Source: Trueperaceae bacterium (GTDB lineage Bacteria > Deinococcota > Deinococci > Deinococcales > Trueperaceae). From it: 64,000 nt of DNA. The stretch's first letter is position 1. Every line of letters begins with the position of its first letter. The translations under genes and the position numbers were made by a program. The DNA lies in assembly GCA_965214405.1 (NCBI GenBank), contig OZ243956.1, forward strand, positions 2,560,001 to 2,624,000. The letters run 5' to 3'. The notes beneath the pieces were generated by a model. The model did no database searches. It worked only from the letters and a program-made list of their open reading frames with translations, and was not told where the DNA came from. This document shows, piece by piece, positions 50,064 through 60,162 of this stretch.

Positions 50064-50999
50064 GTGAAAAAGTTTGTCTTTGTATTTTTTGCCTTCACAT
50101 TTGCCTTGGCCGGGGCGCAAGCGCCCACCAAGCTCACGGTCTACACGAACTGGTTTGCCGAGCCGGGGCATGGCGGCTACTACGCCGCGCTCAAAGACGG
50201 GCTCTACGAAGCGCGGGGTTTGGACGTTGACCTTGTCCAGGGCGGGCCGCAGGTCAACGTGGCCGCGCTCCTCGCGTCGGGTCGGGCGGACGTCGCTATG
50301 TTCGGGGGCGGCCAGCTCATGAGCGCCCGCGCCGAAGGGCTGCCCTTGGTCGCCCTTTTCGCCACCTACCAGACCTCGCCGCAGGCGCTCATGTCGCACG
50401 CCGAGAACCCGGTGGAAAGTTTCGGCGACCTTGCCGGGCGTTCTGTGTCGGTCACGCCGGGGGCGACCTACTGGCGCTATATCGAGAAAAAGTACGGCCT
50501 AGAGGGCGAGGTGCAGGTGCTCAACTACAACGGGCAGCTCGCCAACTGGCTTTTGGACGAAAATGCCGTGACGCAAAGCTACGTGACGGCGGAGCCCTTT
50601 TTCGCCGCCGCGGAGGGCGCGCGGCCCGTCACGCTGCTCGCCGCCGACTCGGGCTTCAACCCCTACACCGACGTGATGGCGACGACCGAGACTTTTCTGG
50701 CGGAGCACCCTGACGCCGTGGAAGCGTTCGTCGAGGCCTCGAGAAGAGGTTGGACACGCTTCCTGGCCTCACCGACGGATTACGTGGATGTGCTGAAGGA
50801 GGCGAACGACAGCGTCACCTCTGAGCAGGTTCTCTGGAGCACCGAGCAGGCGAGGCCGCTCATCGAGCCTGAGGGGGGTGTTGTCGGCAGCATGACGCTT
50901 GAACGTTGGGAAGAGCTTTACAACCAGTTTGTGGATTTGGGACTTATTGACCAGGGCGCGCTCGAGGTGCAGAGCCTGCTTTACACGCCGCTCGAGTGA
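50064..50999 (+). CDS. ABC substrate-binding protein, NMT1/THI5-like
   Basis: Signal peptide; NWFAEPGHGGYYAALKDGLYEARGLDV. Confidence 0.88.
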   Translation: MKKFVFVFFAFTFALAGAQAPTKLTVYTNWFAEPGHGGYYAALKDGLYEARGLDVDLVQGGPQVNVAALLASGRADVAMFGGGQLMSARAEGLPLVALFATYQTSPQALMSHAENPVESFGDLAGRSVSVTPGATYWRYIEKKYGLEGEVQVLNYNGQLANWLLDENAVTQSYVTAEPFFAAAEGARPVTLLAADSGFNPYTDVMATTETFLAEHPDAVEAFVEASRRGWTRFLASPTDYVDVLKEANDSVTSEQVLWSTEQARPLIEPEGGVVGSMTLERWEELYNQFVDLGLIDQGALEVQSLLYTPLE

Positions 51000-51135
51000 G
51001 ACTCATAAGCCAAAACGGTGGGTGAAAGGTTACGTAGGTTAAAGTAGAAAAGCTCATGATTCTTACGCCTTTTCTCTCGACCTATCGGGCGTGCGGACGT
51101 ATTCATGGGGTGACGCCCGGAGGTTTGACGCGCGC

Positions 51136-51810
51136 ATGAAAATCTTGGCTATCGCCGACGCGGTGTCGCCCTTTATCTATTCAGAGCGTTTTCCGGACAA
51201 CCTGCCCCCCTTCGACCTGGTGCTGAGCGCGGGTGACATGCCCGGTCACGTGCTGGAATTTATCGCCACCAAACTCACCGTCAGGCCCGTGTACGTGCTC
51301 GGCAATCACGGCAACGGCTACTTGCGCGACGGTGAGACGGGGGAGATGCGGTTGCCGGGCGGCTGCGTCAACCTCCACAACCGCGTGCTCATGGTTGATG
51401 GCGTGCTCATCGCGGGCTTCGAGGGGAGCGCGCGTTACCGCGCCGGGCCGCACCAGTACAGCGAGCGGCAGATGGATCTGTTGACCCTGGGCTTAACGCC
51501 GCGCCTGTTATGGAACCGGCTGCGTTACGGTCGCGCGGTCGACATCTTGCTCACCCACGCGCCGCCCCAGGGACCGCACGAGGGGGCCGACTACCCGCAC
51601 CGCGGTTTTGCGGCCTTCAACCGCTTTGCGGAGCGCTGGAAGCCCAAGCTGCACGTTCACGGTCACGTCCATTTGCAAGGTGCCAACGCGCCCAGAGAGT
51701 ACGTGACGGAAGCGGGGGTGCGCGTCGTTAACGCGTTCGAGTTTACGCTCATTGACATCGGCTTTGAGCGCGACCTCGAGGCCGCGGGCGAAAAAGAACA
51801 CGTAAAATAG
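51136..51810 (+). CDS. Calcineurin-like metallophosphoesterase
   Basis: AIAD, AGD, GNH, THAPP, HGHVH. Confidence 0.9.
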   Translation: MKILAIADAVSPFIYSERFPDNLPPFDLVLSAGDMPGHVLEFIATKLTVRPVYVLGNHGNGYLRDGETGEMRLPGGCVNLHNRVLMVDGVLIAGFEGSARYRAGPHQYSERQMDLLTLGLTPRLLWNRLRYGRAVDILLTHAPPQGPHEGADYPHRGFAAFNRFAERWKPKLHVHGHVHLQGANAPREYVTEAGVRVVNAFEFTLIDIGFERDLEAAGEKEHVK

Positions 51811-52236
51811 TTTATTGCCTTCCTGAAAGGCCGTGCTACACTCATGAGGCGAGCATGAGACGAGGCCAAAGGTTTTGTGTGGCCGCTTTCCGTCTTCTCC
51901 GGCCCGCCTGCTGTTACCGACTAATTTCTGACGTTTTTCTGACGTTCTTCGCGGGTGCCGGTGACCCCAAATCCGGATGACCATAATCTCCACTCACAGA
52001 CAAAACTAAACGCAAAGTTCCGTATGAACCCCTCCATAAATCTCACCATAACTCCCGCTCCGCCAAACCCCGTTCGGAATTGCCGTGACGACATGTACAC
52101 GTGCGAATGTCTAGAAGGTGCCGCAGAGGGTGTCACGGTATGAAGGATATACAGTATGAAGCAGTATGAAGGACATGATGTGGAGGGCTTTACATCCCCC
52201 ATACAAAAAGGGTGTAGCCTGTTTTTGGAGGGCGCG

Positions 52237-53145
52237 GTGAGCCAGATGACGTCACAACGTGCGAGACGGGACGCGGAAAAAGCGCGCGGACGGGCGTTCT
52301 GGCGCAACGTGCTCTCTAACCTCAGGGGCATCCCCAACGAACTTCTGCCCTTTAGCGCGGTGCGAGAGTTGTACCCGAACTCCGAGAGTTACGGCGGGGT
52401 CCGGCCCATTCTCATCCAACAGATCGTCGGCTCGGTGGACCGCTACCGCGACTTCGACCATTACTTTCTGCCGCGCGTCGATCACACCCTGGAGCGCTGG
52501 ATAGGGATCCGGCAGGCGGGGCTCGAGGGCGTCGAACTGCCCGCCATCCAGGTGTACAAAGTCGGCGACATCTACTTCGTCAAAGACGGCCACCACCGCG
52601 TCTCGGTCGCGCGCAACGCGGGGCAAAAATATATCGACGCCGAAATCATCGAACTCAACGTGACGGTGCCGCCGGGCGGGGCGGACTCCCTCAAAGACAT
52701 CATCATCAAAGGTGAATACTCGCGCTTTTTGGAGCAGACCGGGTTGGACAGGGTGCGCCCCGGCCACTACCCGATTCTTTTTACCGTCACGGGCCGCTAC
52801 GACACGCTGATTGACCACATCCGCACCCGCCAATACTACTTGGGCCTCAAGTATCAGCGCGACGTCTCCTGGGAAGAGGCGGTCGGCTCCTGGTATGACC
52901 GGCTATACAAGCGCGTGGTGGACGAGGCGAGAGAGCACGGGGTGCTGCGGCGCTTTCCGGGCCGCAACGAGGCCGACCTCTACTTGTGGATTATGGACCA
53001 CCGCTACTACCTGACCCAGCGTTACGGCGAGGACGTGGGCTCGGAATGGGCCGCGACCGATTACGCCGCGCACTACGCGCCAGCCGCGACGAAGCGCCTT
53101 TGGCAGCGGGTGGTTAAGCGCTGGCGGGGCGAGGTGCCGGAATAA
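52237..53145 (+). CDS. ParB/Srx-like domain + DUF4032-like protein
   Basis: IVGSVDRYRDFD, LPAIQVY, FVKDGHHRVSVA, ADLYLWIMDH. GGAGG RBS before GTG 52237. Confidence 0.8.
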   Translation: MSQMTSQRARRDAEKARGRAFWRNVLSNLRGIPNELLPFSAVRELYPNSESYGGVRPILIQQIVGSVDRYRDFDHYFLPRVDHTLERWIGIRQAGLEGVELPAIQVYKVGDIYFVKDGHHRVSVARNAGQKYIDAEIIELNVTVPPGGADSLKDIIIKGEYSRFLEQTGLDRVRPGHYPILFTVTGRYDTLIDHIRTRQYYLGLKYQRDVSWEEAVGSWYDRLYKRVVDEAREHGVLRRFPGRNEADLYLWIMDHRYYLTQRYGEDVGSEWAATDYAAHYAPAATKRLWQRVVKRWRGEVPE

Positions 53146-53298
53146 CTCAGTGAGTAGTGAAAAGTGGAGTCAAAAGCGTGTTCTCTTACCTTCCGTTTCT
53201 CCCCGACCGAAAGTAGTACATGAGTTGAACGGTGTAGCAGGCAAGCGCATGTTCTTCAGGGCGGCGTTCAGGGTAGATGGGCGTGTTAAGACTAAGCT

Positions 53299-54342
53299 AT
53301 GACACAAGACGCATTTTTAGAGGAGCAGGGATTTACGCTGAGGGAGGGACGCGCCGCCGCTTTTGGTGACGTTACGTCTGATTTTGAGGCGTTCGGACGC
53401 GCCGCGCTGGTGCCGCTCCTCGGGGTGACGCCGCTGCGGCTCACGGGGGCGGACCGCGCAGAGTTCCTCCACGGCCAGGTTTCAAACGAGGTCAAGAGGC
53501 TTTCCGTCGGGGGGGTCTCGAGGGCGCTCATGCTCAACGTCAAGGGTCACGCGCTGGCCGGAATGCACATTTATAAACGCGAGGACGACCTCTTTGTCGC
53601 CATCGAGGGCGGCGCGGGGGCGCGGGTCATCCAGGGGCTCAGGGCACACATCATTTTTGACCAGGTGGAGCTTGAAGACTTGAGCGGCGTTATAGCGAGC
53701 CTGACCCTTCAGGGCGAAAACGCGGCGGGCGTGCTTACGGAAGTTTTGGGTGAGGTGCCGGAGCCGGGGCGGTTCGTACAACCTCCTTTCGAAGGCGCGA
53801 AAGTGCTCGTCAGCGAGGCGGTGCGGGGCGCTCACGGTGGCTACGACCTGCACGTGCTCACCAAAGACGCGCCCGCGCTTTTCGAGGCGCTTCTTAACGG
53901 GGGAGCCGCGCCCGCGGGTGAGGACGCGCTCACGCTCGCCCGCGTGGTGGCGGGCCTGCCCGCCGCCGAAACGGAGGGCGGCGAGGGCGTGTTGCCGCAG
54001 GAGGCGGGGCTCGAGCCCCTGCTCTCCTACCGCAAGGGCTGCTATCTGGGTCAAGAAATCATGGCCCGCATCGAGGCGCGCGGCACCGTGCGCCGCGAAC
54101 TGCGCCGCCTAGCTTTAAGCGCCCTCCCCGCCACGGGCGCGCGCGACATCCTCAAAGGCGGCAAGGTTGTAGGCCGCTTAGGAGCGGTTGCAATCCATCC
54201 CGAAGAGGGCGTGATGGGTTTGGGCGTGGTGCGCAAAGATGCCGCCGCGTCGGGGTCAGACGCGGGCGGTTCGGACGAAAACGGTTTAGAAGTGGGCGGG
54301 GTGACGGTAACGCTGACGGCGTCTCCTTCCGTTGGGGTTTAA
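53299..54342 (+). CDS. ygfZ: Folate-binding YgfZ/GcvT-like protein
   Basis: G.DR..FLHGQ.SN, KGCYLGQEIMAR signature. Confidence 0.9.
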   Translation: MTQDAFLEEQGFTLREGRAAAFGDVTSDFEAFGRAALVPLLGVTPLRLTGADRAEFLHGQVSNEVKRLSVGGVSRALMLNVKGHALAGMHIYKREDDLFVAIEGGAGARVIQGLRAHIIFDQVELEDLSGVIASLTLQGENAAGVLTEVLGEVPEPGRFVQPPFEGAKVLVSEAVRGAHGGYDLHVLTKDAPALFEALLNGGAAPAGEDALTLARVVAGLPAAETEGGEGVLPQEAGLEPLLSYRKGCYLGQEIMARIEARGTVRRELRRLALSALPATGARDILKGGKVVGRLGAVAIHPEEGVMGLGVVRKDAAASGSDAGGSDENGLEVGGVTVTLTASPSVGV

Positions 54343-54406
54343 CCTCTCTGTCTTCTTAAGTGGCGTGTAAGAATATTGTAAGGGGTCTACCCCGCATACT
54401 AAGGGG

Positions 54407-54646
54407 GTGATGTCGCCTTCCTCTTACCAACCTTCGTTTCACAGACCGCTCTGCCCGAGCTGCGGCGGCGAGGGCGTCCGCATCGCCAGCACCGCCGCCG
54501 TCTACTTCGACGTTGTTTACGACGCCGCGCTTCAGGATTTGGTGGTCACGGCGGAAACGTTTGATGACGCCGACTGGGACGAACAAAGCGGGGTCACCTG
54601 CGGCGCTTGCGGCTGGCGGGGCGAGGTGGGCGGGTTGGGGCTCTAG
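54407..54646 (+). CDS. Small CxxC...CxxC zinc-ribbon-like protein
   Basis: CPSCG and CGACGWRG. Confidence 0.65.
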   Translation: MMSPSSYQPSFHRPLCPSCGGEGVRIASTAAVYFDVVYDAALQDLVVTAETFDDADWDEQSGVTCGACGWRGEVGGLGL

Positions 54647-55170
54647 CGCTGTCCCTCGATAGCCCCCTCGAGCGCCCCACTACGGAGCGCCCCCGTATAA
54701 CGAACATTATTAATAAAAAGCGTCGGCGTCGCGTCCACCCCAAGATGATGACCGCTCACCCTCTGCTCGCGGACGCGGCGCAGCACCGCGCCCCCTGCTA
54801 AGTCGCGTTCGAAGCGGTCAAGCTCGAGCCCCAAGTTTGCAGCGTACCCTCTGATCGCCTCCGGCTCCAAGGCCCACGCATGAGCGTAGAGCGCGTCGTG
54901 CATCCCCCAAAACGCCCCCTGCAACCCCGCCGCCTCAGCCGCTCTGGCGGCGACCAGGGCGAACTCATGCGCGTCGGTCAGGGGGAAATGGCGGTAACGG
55001 AGGCGAAAGGCGCCTTCCAAAGCGCGGTGGGCACCTTCCAACAGCCTTACCGCTTGTAAGCTGTAAGGGCACTCGTAATCTCCGTAAAACAGCACGGTCA
55101 CGGGCGCGCCCTCGGGTCCGCGGACATGGTCATGAACGCTGTTGTCAACCGGGTGAGGGTCAGAGGTCAT
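54643..55170 (-). CDS. DsbA-family thioredoxin-fold protein
   Basis: DHVRGP, YGDYECPYS, RHFPL, TPTLFIN. Confidence 0.88.
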   Translation of the reverse strand: MTSDPHPVDNSVHDHVRGPEGAPVTVLFYGDYECPYSLQAVRLLEGAHRALEGAFRLRYRHFPLTDAHEFALVAARAAEAAGLQGAFWGMHDALYAHAWALEPEAIRGYAANLGLELDRFERDLAGGAVLRRVREQRVSGHHLGVDATPTLFINNVRYTGALRSGALEGAIEGQR

Positions 55171-55233
55171 GCGTTACCTTAGCATTGTCTCAAGGCGCTG
55201 CCACAACCTCTTTATCTCTTACCGCAAGATTAT

Positions 55234-55605
55234 TCAAGACAGCGGTAGTGAGCCCCTGCCACTCAGAAGCAGCCTAAAACGCCAGATAGCGTAGAATGAG
55301 CCATGACCCTTACCGCTTACAGACATATCGCCCTTAACGGCGACGGCGTTCCGGTGATTGAGGCGGCGGGTTTTAAGGTGGCGCGCGTGACGCTCTATTC
55401 TTAGAATTAGACGCCCCACTTCGTGAGGTTTAAGCGGAGGCTTCAGGCGTGTGTACCGGCTGACGCGGCGCAACTCAGTAAGCTGCCAGCGTGAGGTGAC
55501 GAGTGTAAAGCGCTTCGCCTTCCACGCACGGCGGATGAGGTCGGGCGGACTGTCCTTTTTGAGCAGGGCTGAAATGAAGAGGTTGGTATCGAGTAAGACG
55601 CGCAC
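55234..55605 (-). pseudogene. PIN-family toxin with C-terminal half lost
   Basis: MRVLLDTNLFISALL...LVTS...ELRRV is PIN-like, then the sequence diverges without the expected DPDD and GD motifs. Confidence 0.65.
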
Positions 55606-55627
55606 GGAACTTTATACGAACCCTAAT

Positions 55628-55846
55628 TCAAGCAGATTTCCGCGCCCAGCGCACCGCCTCGTCAATGAGCGCGTCTAGTTCACCCTCAGGCACATCTGCG
55701 CCGCGTGCTTGCGCCTCCTCGACCGCTAAGCGGTACAGTTGCTCCTGCACAGCCTCCTCGACAAACGTTGAGAGGTCATTCACACCTTTGTGGGCCAGAT
55801 AGGTGCGAAGTTGGCGCTCAGTCTCCTGCGAAATTTTGATGGTCAA
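55628..55846 (-). CDS. RHH antitoxin-like protein
   Basis: TIKIS...LRTYLA...DLSTFVEEAV, LIDEAVRWAR; upstream of the PIN gene. Confidence 0.7.
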   Translation of the reverse strand: MTIKISQETERQLRTYLAHKGVNDLSTFVEEAVQEQLYRLAVEEAQARGADVPEGELDALIDEAVRWARKSA

Positions 55847-56079
55847 GCGCGTGTCTATGTAGAAAGTATAAGCGCACAGGCGCAGGTGCGTTTGTATTGG
55901 CTAGCTTTGGGCAGATTAACGATTTAGAGCTACGAAGCGAGCGTGCCCTGCTGAAACCGTCCCGGCGTGGTGAAGGTGAACGTCTTACAAAAAAGTCAAC
56001 TTTATTCAAGACAGCCTGCCCAGCGTTCCGCTAGCGTGGACCTGATGCTTTCATTTGGCCTACGTGGGTTTTTGATAGG

Positions 56080-56635
56080 GTGCGCGGCGTGAGCGACCCC
56101 GGCCCCTTCGGGTTCTTTATCCGCACATCGCGGGCGTCTCGAGACGGCCCCGTGCGAGGGCGCACCGATCTCGTCCCCGGACGCTTACCTCTGGAGGCGG
56201 TCAAGGACCTCGCGCCCCTCTTTAACGAGCATCTGGCGGCGCACGTGATTTTGAGCTTGCAGTATCAGAAGCAGGCGTGGGTGGGGCCAGCGCGCCGCAC
56301 GGCTTCGGCGCGGCGGTGCGCGCGTGTCACGAAGCAGCGCGCTTACTGACCCCGTTGCCGAAAATATCGTCTCGCTGGGGGCGGTGCCGGTGAGCGGGCT
56401 CGAGCTGTTTAACTTCTCTCACCCGGCGTACGAAGGCGAGGGCGTTTACAGCTCACAAACGATGCTCACGCTCGCCTTAAACCACGAGCGGATGGTGGTG
56501 GACCGGGTGAACGTCACGCTCAAGGCCGCCCTAGACCGCCAGGACGAACCGGGTGAGGCGCTCCTCAACACCATGTTGGAGAGCTCGAACGGACGCGCGG
56601 AGCGGTTGCAAGCGTTGCTGGAACGGTTTAACTGA
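56080..56635 (+). pseudogene. Frameshifted, degenerate Dps/ferritin-like gene
   Basis: LSLQYQKQAW in one frame and DPVAENIVSLGAVPVSG...EGEGVY...ML in the next; ferroxidase residues eroded. Confidence 0.55.
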
Positions 56636-56704
56636 GCGGCGGACACTGTTTTGTATGACCGATTGTTGTCAAATGCACAGTTATCGTTTTATGCTAACAA
56701 CCTC

Positions 56705-57828
56705 AGTACACGACAGATTTGAAATAAAGGGCTCTCCAGTGAAGAATGGATGTTGCGAGACACCACTTCAAGGGAGAGCATATGAAGCATACCGGGTTGC
56801 TGGCACAGTTGAAAGCGAGCGGCTTAAAGCTGCACCCGTCACGGCTTAAGTTCTTGAGCTTGTTGATGATCGCGATGGTGCAGGCAAAGACGGTGAACTT
56901 GGCGACGTTGGTAGGCATGATGGAGGGCAGAGCCCAGCCGGACTCGCTTTACAGACGGGCGCAACGGTTTTTCCAAGGCTTGCACTTGGCCGATGAGACA
57001 GTTTTCAGGTACGCGCTGAGTCTAGGTCCCAAGCGAAGCTACAGCCTGTGCCTAGACCGGACGAACTGGAAGTTTGGCAAACTCGACATCAACATCTTGA
57101 CCCTGGCTTATGCGCATGAGGGCGTAGCGGTTCCCTTACTGTGGTGTCTTTTGCCCAAGGCTGGCAACTCCGCCACGCAAGAACGCATTACGCTTTTGGA
57201 GCGTTTGCTAAAACTTTTGCCCGTAGACCAGCTAGAGGTGCTGCTAGCCGATAGGGAGTTCATCGGGGGCGACTGGTTCGCTTATCTTGAGCGTAAGCAC
57301 ATCCCTTTCGTTATCCGCGTGCGTAAAGACGCTCTCGGTGATGGCTGGTTTCATCTGTTCGGCTTTTTCCAGCATCTACCTGTGGGTGAGCACAAGGTAC
57401 TTAAACAGCGCTACACTGTCTTTGGTGTTGAGCTTGGGGTTGCAGGCGCGCGTTTAGAGGGTGGAGAATACATCATCGTCGTCACCAACCGCAATCCTAA
57501 GCAGGCCCTCGCAAGCTACGCGAAGCGCTGGCAGATAGAATGCTTGTTCAAAGCCTTGAAAAGCAGCGGCTTTGACTTTGAAGCTACGCATCTCAAGCAC
57601 CTAGAGCGCATTAACACCTTACTTGTCGTTGTGACCCTGGCTTTCTTATGGGCCTTGAAAGTCGGAGCATTTGTTCACCGTCAGCTCAAACCTGTTCGAA
57701 TGAAGTCGCACGGGCGCAAGCAGAAGTCTTTATTCCGGGCAGGCTTAGACCATCTCAGGCATCTGCTCACCAACTCGGCAACCAAAAAGCCTGACCTGGA
57801 CCGCTGTTTTCGGCTTTTGTCGTGTACT
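56705..57828 (+). mobile_element. IS4-family-like insertion sequence
   Basis: Terminal inverted repeats AGTACACGACA (56705-56715) and TGTCGTGTACT (57818-57828) flank a DDE transposase. Confidence 0.88.
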
Positions 57829-57831
57829 TAG
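56782..57831 (+). CDS. IS4-family DDE transposase
   Basis: LDRTNWKFG, LLADREFIG, YAKRWQIECLFKALKSSGFDFE, C-terminal LSCT. Confidence 0.93.
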   Translation: MKHTGLLAQLKASGLKLHPSRLKFLSLLMIAMVQAKTVNLATLVGMMEGRAQPDSLYRRAQRFFQGLHLADETVFRYALSLGPKRSYSLCLDRTNWKFGKLDINILTLAYAHEGVAVPLLWCLLPKAGNSATQERITLLERLLKLLPVDQLEVLLADREFIGGDWFAYLERKHIPFVIRVRKDALGDGWFHLFGFFQHLPVGEHKVLKQRYTVFGVELGVAGARLEGGEYIIVVTNRNPKQALASYAKRWQIECLFKALKSSGFDFEATHLKHLERINTLLVVVTLAFLWALKVGAFVHRQLKPVRMKSHGRKQKSLFRAGLDHLRHLLTNSATKKPDLDRCFRLLSCT

Positions 57832-58920
57832 GGGCACCAAGTAAAATTTTATGAGGATTCTTCAAGGTCTGCTTCAGTTTTTCCCTGGCCTCTGTGGTTA
57901 ACTCATGCCATCTGTACAGCTCTTCATATTTTGCATACTCTGAGTCATCCTCAAACGGGTCTGGCTCGTCAGCACGACGCTGTAAGGGCAAGTCGGGAAT
58001 TTCTGGGAGGTCTTCCAAGCCCTCTGGCCTTAGCTTTCTGTAAGATTGCTCGTTGGTATAGCGTGTAAACTCTTCTTCTGGATACTCGAGCTGTTCCCAC
58101 GTATCTCGCTCGCAAAACTCGCAGATAAATTTGGCAAACCTATCACCTTTTTGGCCTTTTATCTTTTTTGGTAACTTTTTGGCTGCTACTGAGCTAACTG
58201 CCTCTATGGCAGAAACGAGGAAGTAGTAGGCCAACCCAGTATCGTCCGCGCGGTTGAGGTGAGCGTGCTGAACAAGCCGCGCCGCCCTCATTACGACTAC
58301 ATAATCTTCATAAGGAATCTGGAACAAAAGGTTCGCCATCTCGAGAATTTCCGCAACCCATCTTTCGCGGGTGGCTCTCGAGACGCTGTAATAAGGGCTT
58401 TCGTTGACGATAACCGCATGTTGAACAGCGAGCCTTGTCAAATCAAAACCAGCGAGGCTTTCTAAAGTCATGGGTAAGAACGAACCTGATTTGGCAGCGT
58501 CTGCGGCTCTTATGCCTTCCCTGTCCACATTTTTGTTAGTTATCTTATCGGTGCTAGCCCTTACAGCCCTACTCGTTATGAGAGAAACGATGCTACTCAA
58601 ACCCATACTGAAGTGGGGCTCTCCCCAGTACAAATTCTCTTCCTCAGCTCTGGACCTTACAAGCTGCCGAACCGGGGCGATAAACGCACTCTTGATGTTA
58701 GTAACCCCCACATTGATGGACTTCTCTATTTCAAACAGGTCATGCGTTATGGGTTCCGGGAGGTCGAAGTCGAGAAGCAAAAAGCCCGACCCGGTACACT
58801 GGTTCTTCTCTAAATATTCAGATTCAACCCGCCACTCTCTGGGGCGGAAGTCTGAAAGCGAACCTTCAAAAAGCTCATCATGCTCCAAGCGGCGGATAGA
58901 AAAAATGTTGACCTCCTCAG
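57832..58920 (-). pseudogene. AT-richer gene (possible HEPN-domain protein) cut by IS5 at its 5' end and truncated by IS4 at its 3' end
   Basis: Frame continues across the IS5 site (GTG CTA GCT GAG from 59849). YYFLVSAIEAV...RFAKFI resembles HEPN helices. The ORF reads into the IS4 end. Confidence 0.55.
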
Positions 58921-58924
58921 CTAG

Positions 58925-59842
58925 GGTCTGTCTGACTAATCAAAGCCAGAGGATGATGGAGGCGAGGAGCACACCAGCACGGTAGTTTCTGCCGCGTTTG
59001 TCGTAGCGGGTGGCAACGGCGCGAAAGTCTTTAAGTCGGTTGATGCAGCGTTCGACCACGTTACGTCCTTTGTAGGCTTGCTTATCGAAAGCAGGAGGTC
59101 GTCCACCTTTTGTGCCCTTAGACAAGCGAGACTTCTTGGCATCTTCGCGCTCGGGGCTGATACAGATGATGCCCCTGCGCCTTAGTATCTTCCGCTGCTT
59201 GTTGAAACCATAAGCGCGGTCGAGTCTAAGCTGAGGGGGGCGCTTACGCGGTCGCCCTCTGCCAAGGCGGGGCACATAAATCTCGTCCAAGACCGGCTCT
59301 AGCCAAGCGGCGTCGTTGCGCTGTCCCGCCGTGATGACCACGGACAGGGGTCGCACTTTGCCGTCCGCGCAGGTATGCACCTTGCTGGTGTGGCCTCCGC
59401 GTGAGTGTCCCAGCCACTCGTCTGCTAAGGTCCCCTTTTTTCACCCTCAGCAGGCCGCTTCCTCGCCCCGCTGGCGCTGCGGTGCGCTTTAATATGAGAG
59501 CTGTCTAACGCTGCGCCGTCCCAATCAATCTCACCCGCCGCATCGGCGTGAGCTTGAAGCCTGTGCAGGATGCGCTTCCAGACACCGTTGCGCTCCCACC
59601 TCGTGAAGCGGTCCCAGCAGGTCTGCCAAGGTCCGTAGCGTTCAGGAACGTCGCGCCAGGGAGCGCCTGTTTTCAAGCGCCACGAAATGCCGTTGATGAC
59701 CTGTCGGTGGTTGCGGTAGTTGTGACCCCGTTGGGGATTGGGGGGTAGATGCGGTTTTAGTGCTTGCCACTGCTGCTCTTTTAGGTCTGTTCGTGCCATA
59801 CGCCTACCCTAAACCATCTTCATCCCTTCTGTCAGACAGACC
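58925..59842 (-). mobile_element. IS5-family (IS427-like) insertion sequence
   Basis: Inverted repeats GGTCTGTCTGAC / GTCAGACAGACC, both flanked by CTAG (58921-58924 and 59843-59846). Confidence 0.92.
58940..59799 (-). CDS. IS5-family transposase split in two ORFs, joined by a -1 shift at A6G4
   Basis: Orf[18 protein letters not shown]...LDSSHIKAH; Orf[13 protein letters not shown]...[34 protein letters not shown] at the junction (~59432-59442). Confidence 0.88.
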
Positions 59843-59890
59843 CTAGCACACGTTGTATAACACACCCACTGAATGGTAGCCGAACTCTTA

Positions 59891-60156
59891 GGGTGTAACC
59901 CTAAATAGGCGGATAGTCCTGGCGGTTGGGACATGGTAAAATACCGAAAATGTTAAATAGGGGCTCCTACAGGACGTAAAAGCGTGGCTTGTACCCTCGC
60001 GCGAGGGGCCGATCCGCGGGTTTATCCGACAGCCAGATGAGGCTGAACCCTGTCGGATGACAGGCCGACTCGGGCCAAAATTGCGTCACAGACGCAGTGA
60101 CTGAAAGCTCCGCCAAACATCCCCCACCATTTATCCGACAATTCGGGGTTGCACCC
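59891..60156. mobile_element. 266-bp non-autonomous element (MITE) with 9-bp target duplication
   Basis: GAACTCTTA at 59882-59890 and 60157-60165. 25-bp imperfect TIRs GGGTGTAACCCTAAATAGGCGGATA vs GGGTGCAACCCCGAATTGTCGGATA (20/25). Confidence 0.85.
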
Positions 60157-60162
60157 GAACTC

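Noticed and set aside
57767..57831. C-terminal tail (YTTKAENSGPGQAFWLPSW) of the 373-aa ORF
   Set aside because: It is read-through into the IS4 right end, not native sequence.
60030..60085. Hammerhead-ribozyme-like look inside the MITE (CAGATGAG ... GGCC-N6-GGCC AAAA)
   Set aside because: The invariant CTGANGA and GAAA core nucleotides are not present.
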